Assembly: GCF_018350175.1 (NCBI RefSeq)
Contig: NC_058383.1
Location: 9,302,001-9,366,000 of the forward strand
Length of the DNA: 64,000 nucleotides
Direction of reading: 5' to 3'
Source: Felis catus
Lineage: Eukaryota
In this document: positions 46,853 to 60,821 of the stretch, piece after piece
How positions within the stretch are numbered: position 1 is the first letter of the stretch
Layout of the letters: each line of letters opens with the position of its first letter
Made by a program: the position numbers and the translations under genes
The notes under the pieces: generated by a model
The model's input: only the letters and a program-made list of their open reading frames with translations
What the model was told of the DNA's origin: nothing
Database searches by the model: none

Positions 46853-47069
46853 TTTTTTTTTTTTTTTAATTTTTAAAGTTTATTTGTTTATTTATTTACT
46901 TATTTTTTAAGAGAGACAAAGAGAGTGCGTGTGCAAGGGAGGGAGGGAGGGGTAGAATCCCAAGTAGGTTCCACAATGTCAGCACAGAGGCCTCAAACCC
47001 ATGAACCTTGAGACCATGACCTGAGCCAAAATCAAGAGTCGGACACCGACTGAGCTACCCAGGCTCCCC
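46853..47069 (-). mobile_element. CAN-SINE
   Basis: Tail, core and gagctacccaggctcccc head. Confidence 0.88.
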
Positions 47070-47174
47070 TCTTCTGGTGCTTCTTCAAGTGTCCCCTCAA
47101 CCCTCTGCATCAGAACCACCTTAAATGCTTATTAAATGTTTCCGTGTCTGAGCCTCTCTCCAGACTTACCCTAC

Positions 47175-48174
47175 AAGGGTAACAAATACTCCAAAACGTA
47201 ATGACTCAAAATAATGACGATTTTATTACATGTCACAAGTTTGGGGGTTGGAAATTTGGGCAGGGCTTGGGTAGGTGATTCTTTTGCACCACAAGGCTTT
47301 GAATGGGGTCCCACTTTTCATAGGGTGGGGTTTTTTTAAGCTTATTTATTTTGAGGGAGAGCGCACATGGGAGGAGCAGAGAGAGTGGGAGACAGAGGAT
47401 CCCAAGCAAGCTCTGCCCTGTCATCGAGGAGCCCCGTTATGGAGCTTGAACTCACAGACCACAAGATCTTGACCTGAGCCGAAATCAATAGCCTGACACT
47501 TAACCGACTGAGCCCCCCTGGCGCCCCTCATGGGGTGGCTTTCAGCTGAGGGATGGGTTGTGGACCAGAAGGTCAGGGATACCTTCATTCACATGTCTGG
47601 GGCCCCCGGTGGGGATGGCTGGAGGGTTAGGCTCAGCTTGCTTTCTCTCCTGCAAATAATCTCTGGTCTGTCCATGTGGTATCTCCAAGCAGGGTCATCA
47701 GACTTCTCACATGGCAGCTCAGGGCTCTGAAAACGCCAGCTTCAAAGAAGGGGATATAGAAGCTGCCAATTTCTTAAGGCCCTCCCTCAGAAGGCACGAC
47801 ATAACCGTCCCCATTTTCTATTGGTCAAAGCAGTTACCCCACTCCACTTATTCATTCATTCATTCATTCATTCATTCATTTAAGTTTATTTATTTTGAGA
47901 GAGAGAGAGAGGATGAGTGAGGGAGGGGCAAAGGGAGGGAGAGGGAGAGAGAGAATCCCAAGCAGGTTCCGTGCTGCCAGCATAGAGCCCGATGCAGGGC
48001 TCAAGCCCATAAAGCCAGGAGATCATGATCTAAGCTGATGGACGCTTAACTGACTGAGCCACCCAGGTGCCCTCCCCCACCCCCCACCCCACTCCATTTA
48101 GAGAATTGCTTCATCATTCATATTCAAAGGTGGGACACCTCTAGATGGGAGGAGGGGCAAGGAGTTGGTGGCCA

Positions 48175-48212
<38 letters not shown>

Positions 48213-48330
48213 ATGTAATCTCTACACCCAGCGTGGGGCTTGAACTCAGTACCCTGAGATCAAGAGTTGCATGCTCCACCGAGTGAGCCACCCAGGCGCC
48301 CCTTGGTGGCCATCTTTAAACCACCATATC
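47175..48330. mobile_element. MLT1-type (ERVL-MaLR) solo LTR carrying three CAN-SINEs (47330-47527, 47848-48072, 48177-48302)
   Basis: taacaaatactccaaaac...aatttgggcagggct...ttctattggtcaaagcagtta. TSD ttggtggccatcttt flanks the third SINE. Confidence 0.75.
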
Positions 48331-50769
48331 TACTGAGTCACACACCTTGGTAGACCCATGATCGTGCGCCTGAACTTGAAGACCCAGTGCAATGGCCCTC
48401 ATCTGTCCCAAGAGCTCATGCCCCTCAACCCCGAGGCTGTTCCTTCGCCTGGCATGCCTCACAGCCCCGTCACCCTGGGCTTACCCTGTCATTCAACAGT
48501 CTCCTTCCTTGGCCTACCTCCCAGAGCCCACAGTGACACTTGTGTGAGACATGTGGGTAGGCCCCAGAAGGATGGCAGGATTCAAGCATGAGCGGCCAGC
48601 AGGCATTTGCAAGAGACTGCACCAGACATGCGGTGGAAGCTGAGTGATTGCATAATCCTGTTCTCACTGGAGAGAAAGGCCTGGAACTGGAAGATAAAAA
48701 TAGTCCCTTGAACCTCAACTCCAGGGGATTTGTGCAAAGCCACCCAGGGCACATAAGACCAGAGGTGATGGTCTGAGGCCACCTGGAATTGTCGATCCTC
48801 CAGTGAGCGATGAGCATGTGCCTGGGGTGCTCCTGGCTGGCCGTGGGCCTAGGGACTCTGAAGGCATTGCCACTGTCCTCCCATGCAGGCAGGTGTGGGG
48901 AGGGGTCAAGGGGCCTAAAACTTCTTCTGAGACTGGCTGGACTTGGGCCCTCAGGAGGCTCCTGAAGCAATCTGGGAGGTATTTTTGGAGGAGAGTCTTG
49001 AGCTGGGCCCAAAGTGTGGGGAGGGTGTGACAGACTCAGTGGGAAGAGTGGGGTCTGGAGCCAGATTTGCTGCTGACTAGCGGTAGATTTGGAGAAGTGA
49101 TGTAAGCCTCGTTGGGCCTGTTTCCTCATCTGCAAAACGGGGCTGATAATACCCGTCCGAGTGTTGTGCTCCGTTTTGAATTACTATAGATCTTCTCAGG
49201 GTCATAGCTTGCAGCAAAGTGGTGATATGGGTGAAGGGCCAATGATGTTCTGGCAAATGACAAGACCTGGGCATCCAGGTCACTCCCCTTGTCCTGGTAC
49301 CTTAACTGTTCACTTTTTGCCCCTGGCCCAATCCTTTCTCCTGGGCCCCATCCCTGCCGCCCTGGTGCCCCCTCCTTGGCCAGCAGTATGCTGGTTCCAC
49401 ACTTCATTCAGGGACCACTGCCTCTCTCTCACTGTGCCTCTGCCCAGCCCACCCCAGGCCTCTTCCTCTCCATTTCCTTCCCCTCCACTGGCACATCTCT
49501 GTGTCTGTCTCTGTCTCTGTCTCTCGCTCTCTCTCTCTGCAGAGCCTGGGAAATTGAAGAGTCCCTTGTGGCAGACAGGCTGGGCTGACCTTGAAGTGGA
49601 TCTTTAATAAAAAATGAGCAGAGGCGGCAGCCTCCCTCGCTCGCCTCCCCTGCACTCCCCTCCTCCCTCCCACCTCCTGCTCTCTTCTCTTTGCCTGTGA
49701 ATCCCCCATAAGGAGCCCTTGCTCTGGGTTAAGCACTGCCTTCATTAGGGAACTTTGGAGGGCACAGATCCCTGGGATGCAGGAGCATGAAGGGAGGAAG
49801 CTTTTGGTTGCACTGGGGAAGGGTATGGGGAGAGTGGGTTATACTCTGAGGCCGTGGGCCCTGCCTGCTTCTGCCTTATAGCTTTCCATTGGAATCAACT
49901 CCACCAAGGCTTCACAACTGTCCCAGTGGTCCAGCCCCTACCCTGGTGCGAGGCTCTCATGGACTGGAGTTGGGGGGCCAGCAGCAACAGCAGCAGCAAG
50001 TGGGCTCAGGAGGGAGAGTGGCTCACACTCTCCACTTGGCCTGATCCCAGCATTGTGTTCATCCTCATGACCTCGAATCCTCATGTTGAGCCTGTGAGCT
50101 GGAGATCATTGTCCCAACTCACAGGTGAGGACACCAAGGACCAGAGGGTTTCAGAGCTGCCTGCGGCCACCCAGTCGCTAGGTGGCTAGGGCAATGCCTT
50201 GAATCCAAAACCCAGCTCTCTCCTGGGACCACTGGCCTCAGAGCTGTGCACAGTCTTACCGCTGCCCTGACCGGGGCAGCCAGCTTCTCTTCTGTACCAA
50301 GGCTGGAACTCGTTTAGGCCCTTGAACATAGTCCTTGTGGGAGGGATAGACCTCCCAGAACCAGGGTACCAATTCCCTGGTTCCTCAGTATGTCCCTCTT
50401 TCCCTCTGGGCCTTTTGGGAATCCCCCTGAGCTGTGCACATGGTGGGTATGTGAGTCTGGCTGGCTCAGCCGCTGTGCCCTTAGGGTTCGAATAGATCTT
50501 ACAGGTGTATGGGAGGTCTAGACATGTGTATGGATGTGTGTGCACAGTTGAGTGCATATAGCATGTTTAAAGCATGTGGGTGAAAAATGAGTGTGAATTT
50601 GCAAATGAATGAATGAATAAGTCACTCAAATGGACAAGCGAATGAGGTGTTGTGTGCCAGGCAAGGTAGAACCAGGAGCAGAGACTGTGCCCTCTTGGGG
50701 CTCTCCCTTCCCCTGAGGCCTGCTGTGACAGAGACGCCCGCCACATGTTCATGCTCCCCTTCCAGACTG

Positions 50770-51188
50770 TATAGTTGTCAATGGGATGTGAATGCCCATC
50801 CAGGGACTACATCTCCCAGCATACTTTGCATGTAGATAGACCATGTGACTAATGCTCACCAATGGGATGTGGGCAGAAGTGACATTTTCCTGGAAGAGGA
50901 GCCTAAGAAGTGGGTGTGCCCTCTCTCCCCTCCCTTCCTACCCCCTCTCCTGCCCCCCCCTCCCCCCCGCTGGAAGACCGTACAAGACTCCAAGGCCCTG
51001 GAGAGGGGAGAGGGAGCCACAGGATGGAAGGAGCCTGGGTCCCTGTGCTATCACATGGAAGAAAGCTTACCTGTCTACCAGGAATATCAGCCTAGGACCA
51101 TTAGAGAATGAGAAATAATAAGTAGTGATAAGCTACTGACACTTCAGAGTTTATTGCCACAGCAGCTAGCATTGCCTTAACTGACACA
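50770..51188. mobile_element. MLT1J-like LTR
   Basis: actacatctcccagc...ccatgtgact...atggaaggagcctgggtccctg...tgagaaata...acagcagctagc. Confidence 0.75.
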
Positions 51189-51387
51189 CTCAATAGAAGC
51201 TATTACTCAAGGTCAAACTATGGAACTTAGTAGGGGCTAAGATGACAGGCGCCTGTGAGGAGGGCCAGTGAGGCCCTCCCCCCTTTTGCCTGAGCATGGC
51301 ATGGCCTCGCAGCTTTCTCCTCACCTCCCACATTCCGGGAAGAGTTAATGTTGCTTCTGGGTTGGATGAAGGACTCAGATGTTGGGG

Positions 51388-51630
51388 TTAAAAATGTCGA
51401 ATTAGCCCAAACTAATCTACAGTGTCAGAAGTCAGGATACTATTCTTCCAAGAGTGGGGGGTGGGGGTGGGACTAGAAGGGGGGCAAGGAAGGCTGGGAA
51501 TGTTCTGTTCCTTGATCTAGATGCTGGGTACTTGGGTGTGTTCAGTTTGTGAAAATTCAGTGAGCTGTATGCGTACAATTTCCGCACTGTCTCTGTATGT
51601 ATTGTATTTCAAGAAAAAGAAAAAAAAACA
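51388..51630 (+). mobile_element. Old L1ME/L1MC 3' end fragment
   Basis: aaactaatctacagtgtcagaagtcaggata...aatgttctgttccttgatct...tgtgaaaattcagtgagctgta. Confidence 0.75.
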
Positions 51631-54429
51631 TTTTAAGTGCCCAGCAGAGGGAAGGTAGGGTGTGGAGAGAAAGAGGGGGAAGAAGATGGGGTGGAAACGA
51701 GGGGAGGGTGTTGGCAAGAGGGATGAGGGAGGGGTGCACCCGTCACTGTGACCTGGGGTGGATACCTCCTCTCTCTCCTTGGCAGGCCACCACAGGCCAT
51801 CACACACCACCCACTGTCCTTCCATCCCACACAGGCACCTATGGCCAGGTCCAGAAAGCATCCAGGCCGCCCCCCTGGGCAGGTGCTATGGCCTGGGAAC
51901 CCCCACCCCCAAGGAGTGTGCAGCAAGCGTTCCTTGGAGGCCTGAACACCATGTGTTCTGATTAGGACAGGGCACATGGGGTGAGTTTAGGGTCCGGGGG
52001 AGGCCAGGGGGCAGGGCGGCTGCAGAGGTGGCTGAGGCTGTCTTGGAGGAGGTGACCCAGTTTCACGTCCAGCGTCCGTCCGCTAGCAGAAAAGAGCCCG
52101 GTCACCTGAACACCCTGTACACGTCTACATGGCACCCACACGCCAGACTCGTACACAACTCCCATGTATCTCGATACATGCCACACGCCCCGTCCCATAC
52201 GTGTGCCACATACGTGCCCCCACACTCCTTCATACCTATACCCATGCCCCAGAGACACGCCCCCCGCAGGTCCCATACCCATGCCTCGGGTACACACCTT
52301 ACACGTATGCCCACACACATATCACATAGGTGCCTCATACAAACGCCCTCCCATGCCATATCCGCTCAGCCAGCACGCCACACTGGTGAAATACCAGCTC
52401 CTCCTCTAGGCCGGTACAACCCGGATACACAGCGCACACATAGGCGCTGTGGCCTCAACACGGGGCCCACGCGGGTACGTGTGTGCGGAAACACACCAGC
52501 ACGGCAGGTGACACGAAGTGTCCCTGGGACAGAGATGGCTAGAGATGGCCTGACTGGGGAGGAGCACACCCACAGTGACACGGACTCCCAGGAACCCAGA
52601 GGCAGCAGTGGATCGACTGAGGGTCCTCTCGTGGGGTCTTACGCCAGGCGCCACCTCTTCCACGAGGCCTTTGCTGACTGTTCAGCTGCAGAAATCCTGC
52701 CTTACGGGAAAGGACAGATGACTCACGTCCTTGTTGGGATCTGCCAGAGCCCCCCTCCCCCCACCCTTACCGCGGCCTGGGCAGCAGTCAGAGTGAGCTG
52801 GGGGCAGGGCCAGGTGGGAGCCCCTGGGGAGCTCCAGGGTCCTTGGACTGGGGCAACCTCAGCATGCCCACTAGGGCGGCCGGTGGCTTGGGGCAGGCTG
52901 TCGGTATGGACAGGGAGGGAGCCCGGCTACAAAAGAGCCGCACGTGTGTGTATGTGCGCACAGACACAACAGTTGGTATAAATATGGTGCATTTAATCGC
53001 ATGCTACCCAGAAGTCTCCTGATGCCCTGACGGCAGCAGGCCCTCCTTCTCCCCCCGGCCCTGCTTTAATTACTCCTCCAGGGACCCTAGCAGGCTGCAT
53101 TTGCCTCCGCAGCCAGAGGCCAGCTCAGACAAAGGTTGCTCTAGCCCAGGCCTGTGGGGGGACCGGGGTGGGGGGGGGCAGGTAAGCCCTGCACATTTGC
53201 TCTGCCTGTGGCTGCCCTGTGGACCCCCGGTTCTTTATCTCTGGCTCCCACTGGGTCCAGCCAGAGCCCTCCTCCCAGCAGCCCCATTCTCAGGCCAGGA
53301 GCCTCCGTGTGAGCCCCAAGAGTGCCCCGGCCTCCAAGTGAGGAAAATCACAAGGACGGCCACCATTTCTTGAGTGCCTACAGTATGTTGTGGACTTAGT
53401 ATACTTAGTCCTCTCAGCGATACTAGTGAGGAAGCTGGGGCCCCGGGAAATTAAGTCATTTGCTCAAGGCTCCACAGCCTTGGGGGGTTGAGGTTGGGGA
53501 AGAGGTCTGGGGTCTGGAGTGAAGTGATCTCTTGACCCTCAGCAACCTCATCTTCCAGGCTGTCCTTCCGAAGGGCTCCCGCCCTGCTGGACTCTCCCTT
53601 CTGGAAGGTTCTGTGGCACTGGGAAGTATAGAGTCATTTATAATGTAGCATGTTGCCAGTGGAACTTAGGCAATTGGAGTTCTGTCTCCACACTCTCGTT
53701 CCTCCAAGCACCTTCTGGGCCGCTGTTGAGCACTTTCTTTAAACTGGCTGCTGTCTGTCCTCAGCCGTGTTTGAGCAATGCTGCCCCGGACATGGCAGGT
53801 TTGACGTGCTGGTTCCCAACATTTAGACACACATCACAGTAGATGTGCCTAAACCACGGCAGGGCCCCGTGGAGAGGCCTGGCCGGGTGCCCAGCACTGG
53901 CCGGGACTCCACGGCGTGTGGTCAGTGCCCTCTGTCCTGCGGCCCCTCCCATAGCTGCTGAGACAGTCCCTCCTCTCCGACAGCCAGGCTATGACCCTGC
54001 ATCTCCTCATAGAAAGCTCCCTGGGATGGAGTCTCAGGTCCCGGCCACGAATCACCACCGGCAAGGTCACTTGACTTGAGCCTCAGTTTGCTAACTGTCC
54101 TCACACCATACCCACATCTAGTGGGAGCATGGCACAGTGGAGCTGTCCTATAAAGGCGCTAAAGTTGCTCCAGGCTCGCACGGGGAAGGGGGCGGCTGGG
54201 CAGGCCCTCTGTGCTTCCCTGTTTGTAACAGAGGCCTCCGCTCAGGCACACTGTGAGATGGCAGACGTGGAAAGTTCCGGAGAATAAGATGCTCTGTGAT
54301 GCAAACAGGCACTTCCTGGTTTGCTCCAAACGGGCAGCAGCGGCGGCTCAAGGTCCCAGTGCACTGTCGAGCCCAGCCCAGCGCAGGTGCATCTCGCACT
54401 TGCCTTTGAAGCTTACAATGTCGGCTCCC

Positions 54430-54795
54430 CAACACACACAGACACGCACCCCCCTCCACACATACACATGCACTCACCACATGTGCACACCACACATATA
54501 CACACACACAGTACACTCATGTACCACACACACCATGGACATGCACACTACATACACATATGCATACATATCACACCACACACACACACACACACACCAC
54601 GCCCCTGCCACCGCCATCTCGCACCAGGCAATTGGCAGGCAGAAAGGGACAAAGGAGGGAGCGGTTCTTGCATACACACACGCACACGCACACACACATG
54701 CACACCACACACGTGCATACACACACCACATCCACACACTACACACATGCATACCATACACCACACACACACACACACACACACTCACACACAAT
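54430..54795. repeat. Degenerate (CA)n-rich low-complexity tract (a weaker one at ~52110-52450; short (CA/CG)n at 22418-22466)
   Basis: Seen directly. Confidence 0.9.
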
Positions 54796-55729
54796 CACTC
54801 CAGCCCACAAAAGGAGCATTTCCAATCACCCCCACCCCAGGAACCCAACCAGCAGACCTCCCTGGCAGGAGGCTAACCTAATTACTGGCCTGGTCTGCCT
54901 GTAGCCTGGCTGGGAGAATATTAACACCAGCAGGAGCCTGGGAGGGAGAGCAGGGCGGAGAGAGTTATTTTAGGCAAGAGGTGGGGTTTGCAGTGGAGGG
55001 GGGCCCTGGCCTAGGGAGGAGGGGTCTCAGAGGGAGGGAGGGCTCAGGTCAGGAGGAGGAGGAGGCAGCCTGGCTCTGGCCTCCCGAAGAGGGACCAGGC
55101 CAACCTGGGGCTCCCAGGGACGTGGGAGGGGCTGAGTGAAGGCAAGAGAAACTTGCCAACACTAGCTAGCAGAGCGGTCCCCTGGGTGGGGGAGGGGCTG
55201 GGGAGAAGGCTCTGTGTGATCTGACAGCCCCTCCCCCACACCCACAGAGAGACAGGGTGGGAGCAGGGCGGGGCCTCTCTGTCAGGCCTTTGAGAGTAGC
55301 TGGGCAGTGGCAGGCAGGGACTGTGATGTGACTTCTTGCCCTGAGCAGGGATCTGTCCCCTGTGGAGTGCCCCCAAGATTCTGCCTCCTGGGGGGTCACA
55401 GTGGAACCCCACCCCCAACAAGCATGTAAGACATCAGAGCACTGGTGAGCCAGGAACCCAAGAAATCCAAGGGTCAACCAACCCATGTGCACGGAGGGTC
55501 TGCCCAGCTCCAAAATGTCTGAGGCACGGCCCTGTACAAGCCGCAGGCTCCTCGCTGAAGAGGTTCAAATCCCAGCTCCTTTTACCTGCTGTGTGACCTT
55601 GGACAAGGTACTCAACCTCTCTGAGCACCAGTTCTCTTGGCTGTGGAATGGAGATGCAAACTGTACCCACTTGAGAGGGTTGTGGTGAGGGTTAAGAGGA
55701 ATATGCCTGCAAACCCCTAGGGGGCGCAC

Positions 55730-55935
55730 CAGCTTCCTGTGGCTGCTGCAGCAATTACTACAAACTCAGTGGCTTGTTATCTGCCAATTATCTAACAATT
55801 CTGGAGGTCAGACGTTCTAGAACCAGGGTCAGCGGGGCTGCTGTTCTTCTGGAGGCTTTAGGGGAGTGTCTGTCTCCCTGGCCTGCCTTCCTCAAGGCTG
55901 CCTGGAATTCCTCAGCTGGGGACCCCTCCTCCTTC
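55730..55935. mobile_element. MLT1-type LTR fragment
   Basis: ttcctgtggctgctg...caaactcagtggctt...ttctggaggtcaga. Confidence 0.65.
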
Positions 55936-56579
55936 TTTGTAGAGGCTCAGAGCAGCATCTTGGGGAGTCGGGAGGGCTTAGCAGATGTGAGAGAGGGCAA
56001 AACGTGCTCACGGCCTGGACAGCGGTGGGAGATGGTTGCGTCAATAGGGGTTTCCAGAGGCTGCCAGGAAAAGTCGTCCCTGTTTTAGGCAGAACGTGAC
56101 ATCAGAATCAGGTACCAGGGACATTACAACTCCCTGGTGCACAGCCCTTTACAGTTTGTAAAGGGCTTTTCACGATCTCATAGAAGAGAAGAGATCATGC
56201 TTGCTGAGGCTCAGCATGACCTTCCCTCAAGGTCACTCGGGTATAAATGGCAGAACCAGGGCTGCATCCAGGGCTGTTGGACTCTAAGTCTGGGGGATCT
56301 TCCCACCGCACACCGGGTGCCTCCGTGCCCCCCACAGCTGAGAAGTGTGGTCAGGACGCCGGGAGTGGGCACAGTGCCCCGAGAAGAGCAAAGGCCACTG
56401 GGTTTGGGGAGCAGCCTGGGCCCCCATCCTGCACTGTCACTTAAGCTGTGTGAGCTTGGACAGGTCACCCTTGTCCGTGAAAGGGGCAGCACTGGGTGGC
56501 TGCCGCATTACATGACAAGACCCACGTGGTGCTAGAGTCTGGGGTTAGCTCAATAATGTTCTCTGGAAAGACAGATTTG

Positions 56580-56647
56580 ATTTTTTTTTTTAAATGTGTA
56601 TTCATTTTGAGAGAGACAGAGAGAGGGGTAGAGAGTGAGCAAGGTAG

Positions 56648-56696
<49 letters not shown>

Positions 56697-56816
56697 CCCA
56701 AGCAGGCTCCACGCTGTCAGCACAGAGCCTGTTGTGGGGCTCGATCCCACAAACCGTGAGATCATGACCTGAGCTGAAACCAAGAGTCAGATGCGTAACC
56801 AACGTGGCCACCCAGG
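56580..56816 (-). mobile_element. CAN-SINE with long (GA)n
   Basis: Tail, (GA)n and core. Confidence 0.92.
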
Positions 56817-56924
56817 CTTAGTTTGGTTTGATTTTTAATTTCATAAGTGATACTCATTGTGCATTTTGACCTCTGTTGGGAAGGATTTCGTTCTCACTGT
56901 GCAATATTTAACTATACCAAAGTA

Positions 56925-57228
56925 TGTTGGTTGTGCTGGGTCCGCTATAACAAACTACTGCACAGGAGTGGCTTCCACAACAGAAATTTATGGTCTCACA
57001 GTCCTGGAGGCCAGATCAAGGCGTCTGTGGTATTGATTTGTTCTGGGGCCATGAGGGTGGCTCTGTCCCATGCCTCTCCCCTGGCTTCGGGTGTTTTTTA
57101 GGCAATATTTGGCATTCCTTGCCTTGCAGACAGACACATCGCCCATCTCTGCCTTTGTGTTCACACGTTCTCCCTGTGCGCATGTCTGTGTGCAAATTTA
57201 CCCTTTTTATTAAAGTTTATTTATTTTC

Positions 57229-57273
<45 letters not shown>

Positions 57274-57585
57274 AGAATGAGCAGGGGAGGGGCAGAGGAG
57301 GGAGAGAACCTCAGGCAGTCTCCATGCACCTGACTCGGGGCTCAAACTCATGACCTGAGCCGAAATCAAGAGTTGGACACTAACCAACTGAGCCACCGCA
57401 CGTGGCCCCAATTTCCCCTTTTTATAAGGACACCAGCCGTTTTTGGATTAGTGACCCACCCTACTCCCTTGCGACCTTAACTAATTACATCTGCAACCAT
57501 CCTATTTCCAGAGGTCACATTCTGAGGTACCAGGGGTTAAGACTTCAACATCTAAATTTTTAGGGACACAATTCAACCCTTATAT
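56925..57585. mobile_element. MLT1A/B-like LTR interrupted by a CAN-SINE (57208-57409, minus)
   Basis: aacagaaatttat...ctcacagtcctggaggc...cacattctgaggtac...gacttcaacat...gggacacaattcaaccc. Confidence 0.8.
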
Positions 57586-58087
57586 AAGACAAAGTATATA
57601 GAAGGAAAACCTGAGGGCACGCTATGTACAGCATGCACCCCAGAAGCAACTTCCTCATTCCTCAAGTTAATACCCGGCTGACTTCAAGACCTTTTTCTAT
57701 GCACTTAATATTCAAACACAAATGGGTTTGGGGGGGGGGGGGTTTGCAGGGCTTTAAGACTTTTCGTGGTTTTTCTACTTTACATGGAATCATGTAATGC
57801 ACTTTTGTTTCCATTTAATAGGTTGTAGGGAGGCTTTTGTGTTAGATCAGTGCTTCATTTACTAGCTTTGGGCCCAGGGAGGGCGGTCGGGGAGGTGAAC
57901 TGCTGGAAAGCCCAGTGCCTGGACGCCCACGCCCACCCCACCCCTAGCTGAAGCAAGGCCTGGGGTGGTGGTGGGGGGGGGGGGTGCCCTGTGCTGGGGT
58001 GGGGAGCTTACTCTCAGCCTTATTCTCTGGTTCCTCTTCAGAAGGGACCCCCTCCAGGGTAGTATTAAAATATTTAACCACCGGGGC

Positions 58088-58213
58088 GGGGCACCTGGGT
58101 ACCTCAGTGGGCTGAGCCTCCAACTCTTGATTTCATCTCAGGTTATGATCTCACGGTTTGTGGGATTGAGGCCCTAACTGGGATCTGTGCTGGCAGCTCA
58201 GAGCCTGCTTGGG

Positions 58214-58249
<36 letters not shown>

Positions 58250-58289
58250 CCTTCCCCCACCTCAAAAGAAATAAACATTAAAAAAAAAA
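58088..58289 (+). mobile_element. CAN-SINE
   Basis: Head, (CT)n and A-tail. Confidence 0.88.
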
Positions 58290-58567
58290 TTTAATGACCA
58301 AAAGCACTTTGGCAATGGCTAATCCATTGGATGATGCCATGCCACCAGAAGTTACCCCTTCACCGTGGGGAGGTCCAGGGGGTCCCAGGGGGAGGGGCTA
58401 GCAGACTGGGGCAGGAGCTGCTCATCAGTGGGTTCCAGGATCTATTTCACAGCCAGAGTAGCTGTACTGGTGCAAACCAACCAAAGATCATCAACCCACC
58501 TGGCCCTGCTTGGGGCATCCGGTTCTGGGTGACCCTGTTGGATTTTATGAGGGACCTTAAATAATGT

Positions 58568-58750
58568 GTTTTATTTTTATTTATTTTTGAGAGAGAAAGC
58601 ACAGTGCAGGAGGGACGGGGGGCGGGGACAGAGGGTCTGATGTAGGCTCTGCACTGACAATAGCCAGCCCTGATGATGGGGGTGCTCAAACTCACGAACT
58701 GTGAGATCATGACCTCAGCCAAAATCAGCTGATGGAGCCACCCAGGCACC
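58568..58750 (-). mobile_element. CAN-SINE
   Basis: TSD ttatgagggac on both flanks. Confidence 0.88.
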
Positions 58751-60821
58751 CTTATGAGGGACTTTCGTTAAGCATCCACAAGAAAAGGAAGGGGATGCAA
58801 GAACATTTCTGGTTGGCTAGCTCCAGCTGCTTTTAAGAGTTTGCGCTGCCTCCCCCTCCCCCTCCCCCCTCCCCCACGCAGTGAGTGCACAGGCCAGGAA
58901 GGCAGGTTGGGGGAGGGTGTGGCTGGCCTCTGAAAGTGGGTTAACTGGGGAGCCCCCTCTGAGGCCCTGCGGGATTAGAAACTGGGGAAGTGGCCCCGGG
59001 GTACCTGTAGGGGCTGCAGGCCTCAGGCCCCGGGGCTTTCTCTCCTGGCCATCCAGCAGCTTCTGTCCACCCTGGGTCTGGGTTAACTAATCCCCACTTC
59101 CTCGGGGTGCTAGAAGCAGTGGTCTGCCCTTGCCGTCCACACGGGGCCCTTGCAGACAGGAGGAGCCCAAGGTCACCCGGTTAACTGAAGTGGGAAGTTA
59201 CCCTCCCTCCCCTCCACCAGCTCAGGGGGCAAGGCCTTGAGTCTCCAGGGAGGCTCTCGGGGAAGGGGTGTTTCTTCCCAGACCCCTCCCCTCCGGCCAC
59301 CTGCATATTGTGTCTCCAGGCCGGTTTCCACCGACTTCTCTGGGCTGGCTCCCAACTCCTCCACCCTGGAAGAGGTGGCTGCCCCTCCCGGTCTGGGTGA
59401 GCAGAGACCAGACAGGGCAGAGAGCCGGATTTGGCTCTGGAATGCTAATCCTCGCTCCACCACCTGACCTGCTGGTCCCCGGGAGCCGCTTTGCAGCACC
59501 AGCCTCCGGCGCCCTCTCCAGGTAACCGGGGAGAACTGCGGGGGAGGTTGGGCTGCGCGCCAGGTCCCTCCCAAGCGAGGTCAGGGTCCTTGCGGGGGTT
59601 AAGATGTTCGCCCCCTCCCCCCCTGCCCTAGAGGCGCGGACGAACCCCTCTGCTCTCCTTATCATTAGCCAACTTGGCCGTGTGTACCCGGGACTTCCAC
59701 GCATCCACGCAGCTCCTCCGCGGGACCAGCTCTTGGGCCATGCAATTACCCTCGGCGCGGATGCCCCGCGGCTTCCACGCCAGGCTCCCCTCTGCTTTCT
59801 AAAGGCTGCTTCTTGGCTTCCTCCTGCAAAGGGCTCAGCCAGCTCATTATGGTCATTAACACCAAACCCTCAAACCCTCAATCCCTGGGTTTTTGTTCCT
59901 CGCCGAGGGGGACCGGAATCGTGTGTCAGGAGGCAGCGGGTCTGTGTGGACCCGGAGGCACATAATTGGAGCTTGAAAGTGGGGGTGCGGCTCGCCTCAC
60001 CCTCGCCGATAACTGGCTGATGGACTTCTGCGTGGTGGGGACGGGGCTGGGAGATGCTGGTGCGTCTCCATGTCCCTGTCATCCCTTCCCTCCCACTCAC
60101 TGCCACCCTATTTTGGGCCTTCAGCCTTTCTGCTGCTGCATCTTCCCTACTTAAAGGGCAGCCTCCAGGCCTGTAGCAAGGCTGTCACCTGCCCCCCCCC
60201 CCAGTGGGGTGTTAAAAGCCCCATCCTAGGATCGAGTGGGCGCCTCTGGCATCCTCCTCCCGGTCCCCATTTCCACAGAGTGGAGCCCAGGCTCTTCAAC
60301 CTGGCATTTAAGACCATCCCCAGAATAGTGCCAGCTCCCTCCGCCTGTGCCCTAGGCTGCCAGCCATACACTTGGCCCTTCCTCAAGCACATCTTGAGCC
60401 CATTCTCTCAAGTCCAGCCACCCCTGCTGTTGCCAGACAAGCCCATCCTGCTCCCCTGACCGTGGGAATCCTACCCAGCTCACAGCCTCCTCCCCCTCCC
60501 GAATACCTCGGTGGGGCCTCTCCCTGGATCCTTGCCTCTGCCAAAATATCCAGAAATAACCTTGTCCTGAGTCCTGCCCTACTTTATCTGTACTTTTCTC
60601 TCTGGTTCTCGACGTACCTGACTTGAGCCCCAAAGGGCAGGAGGCCTACCTATGTAGAAAGAGCTCTGGGGTAGCCAGAGTCCAAAGGGATGGGTGGGCC
60701 AACGCCGCTTCCCCAGCACAGTCTGGAAGAATCTGGAGCATTCTCCATTCTTGTCCCCCACTCCCCCTTCTCAGACTGCTAGATCAGAACTTTTGAGAGG
60801 TGGGAGTCAGGAAGCTGCATC

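Noticed and set aside
52028..54904. His/Thr-rich and Cys/Val-rich ORFs (e.g. 52028-52981, 54253-54876)
   Set aside because: Translations of degenerate (CA)n/(TG)n tracts.
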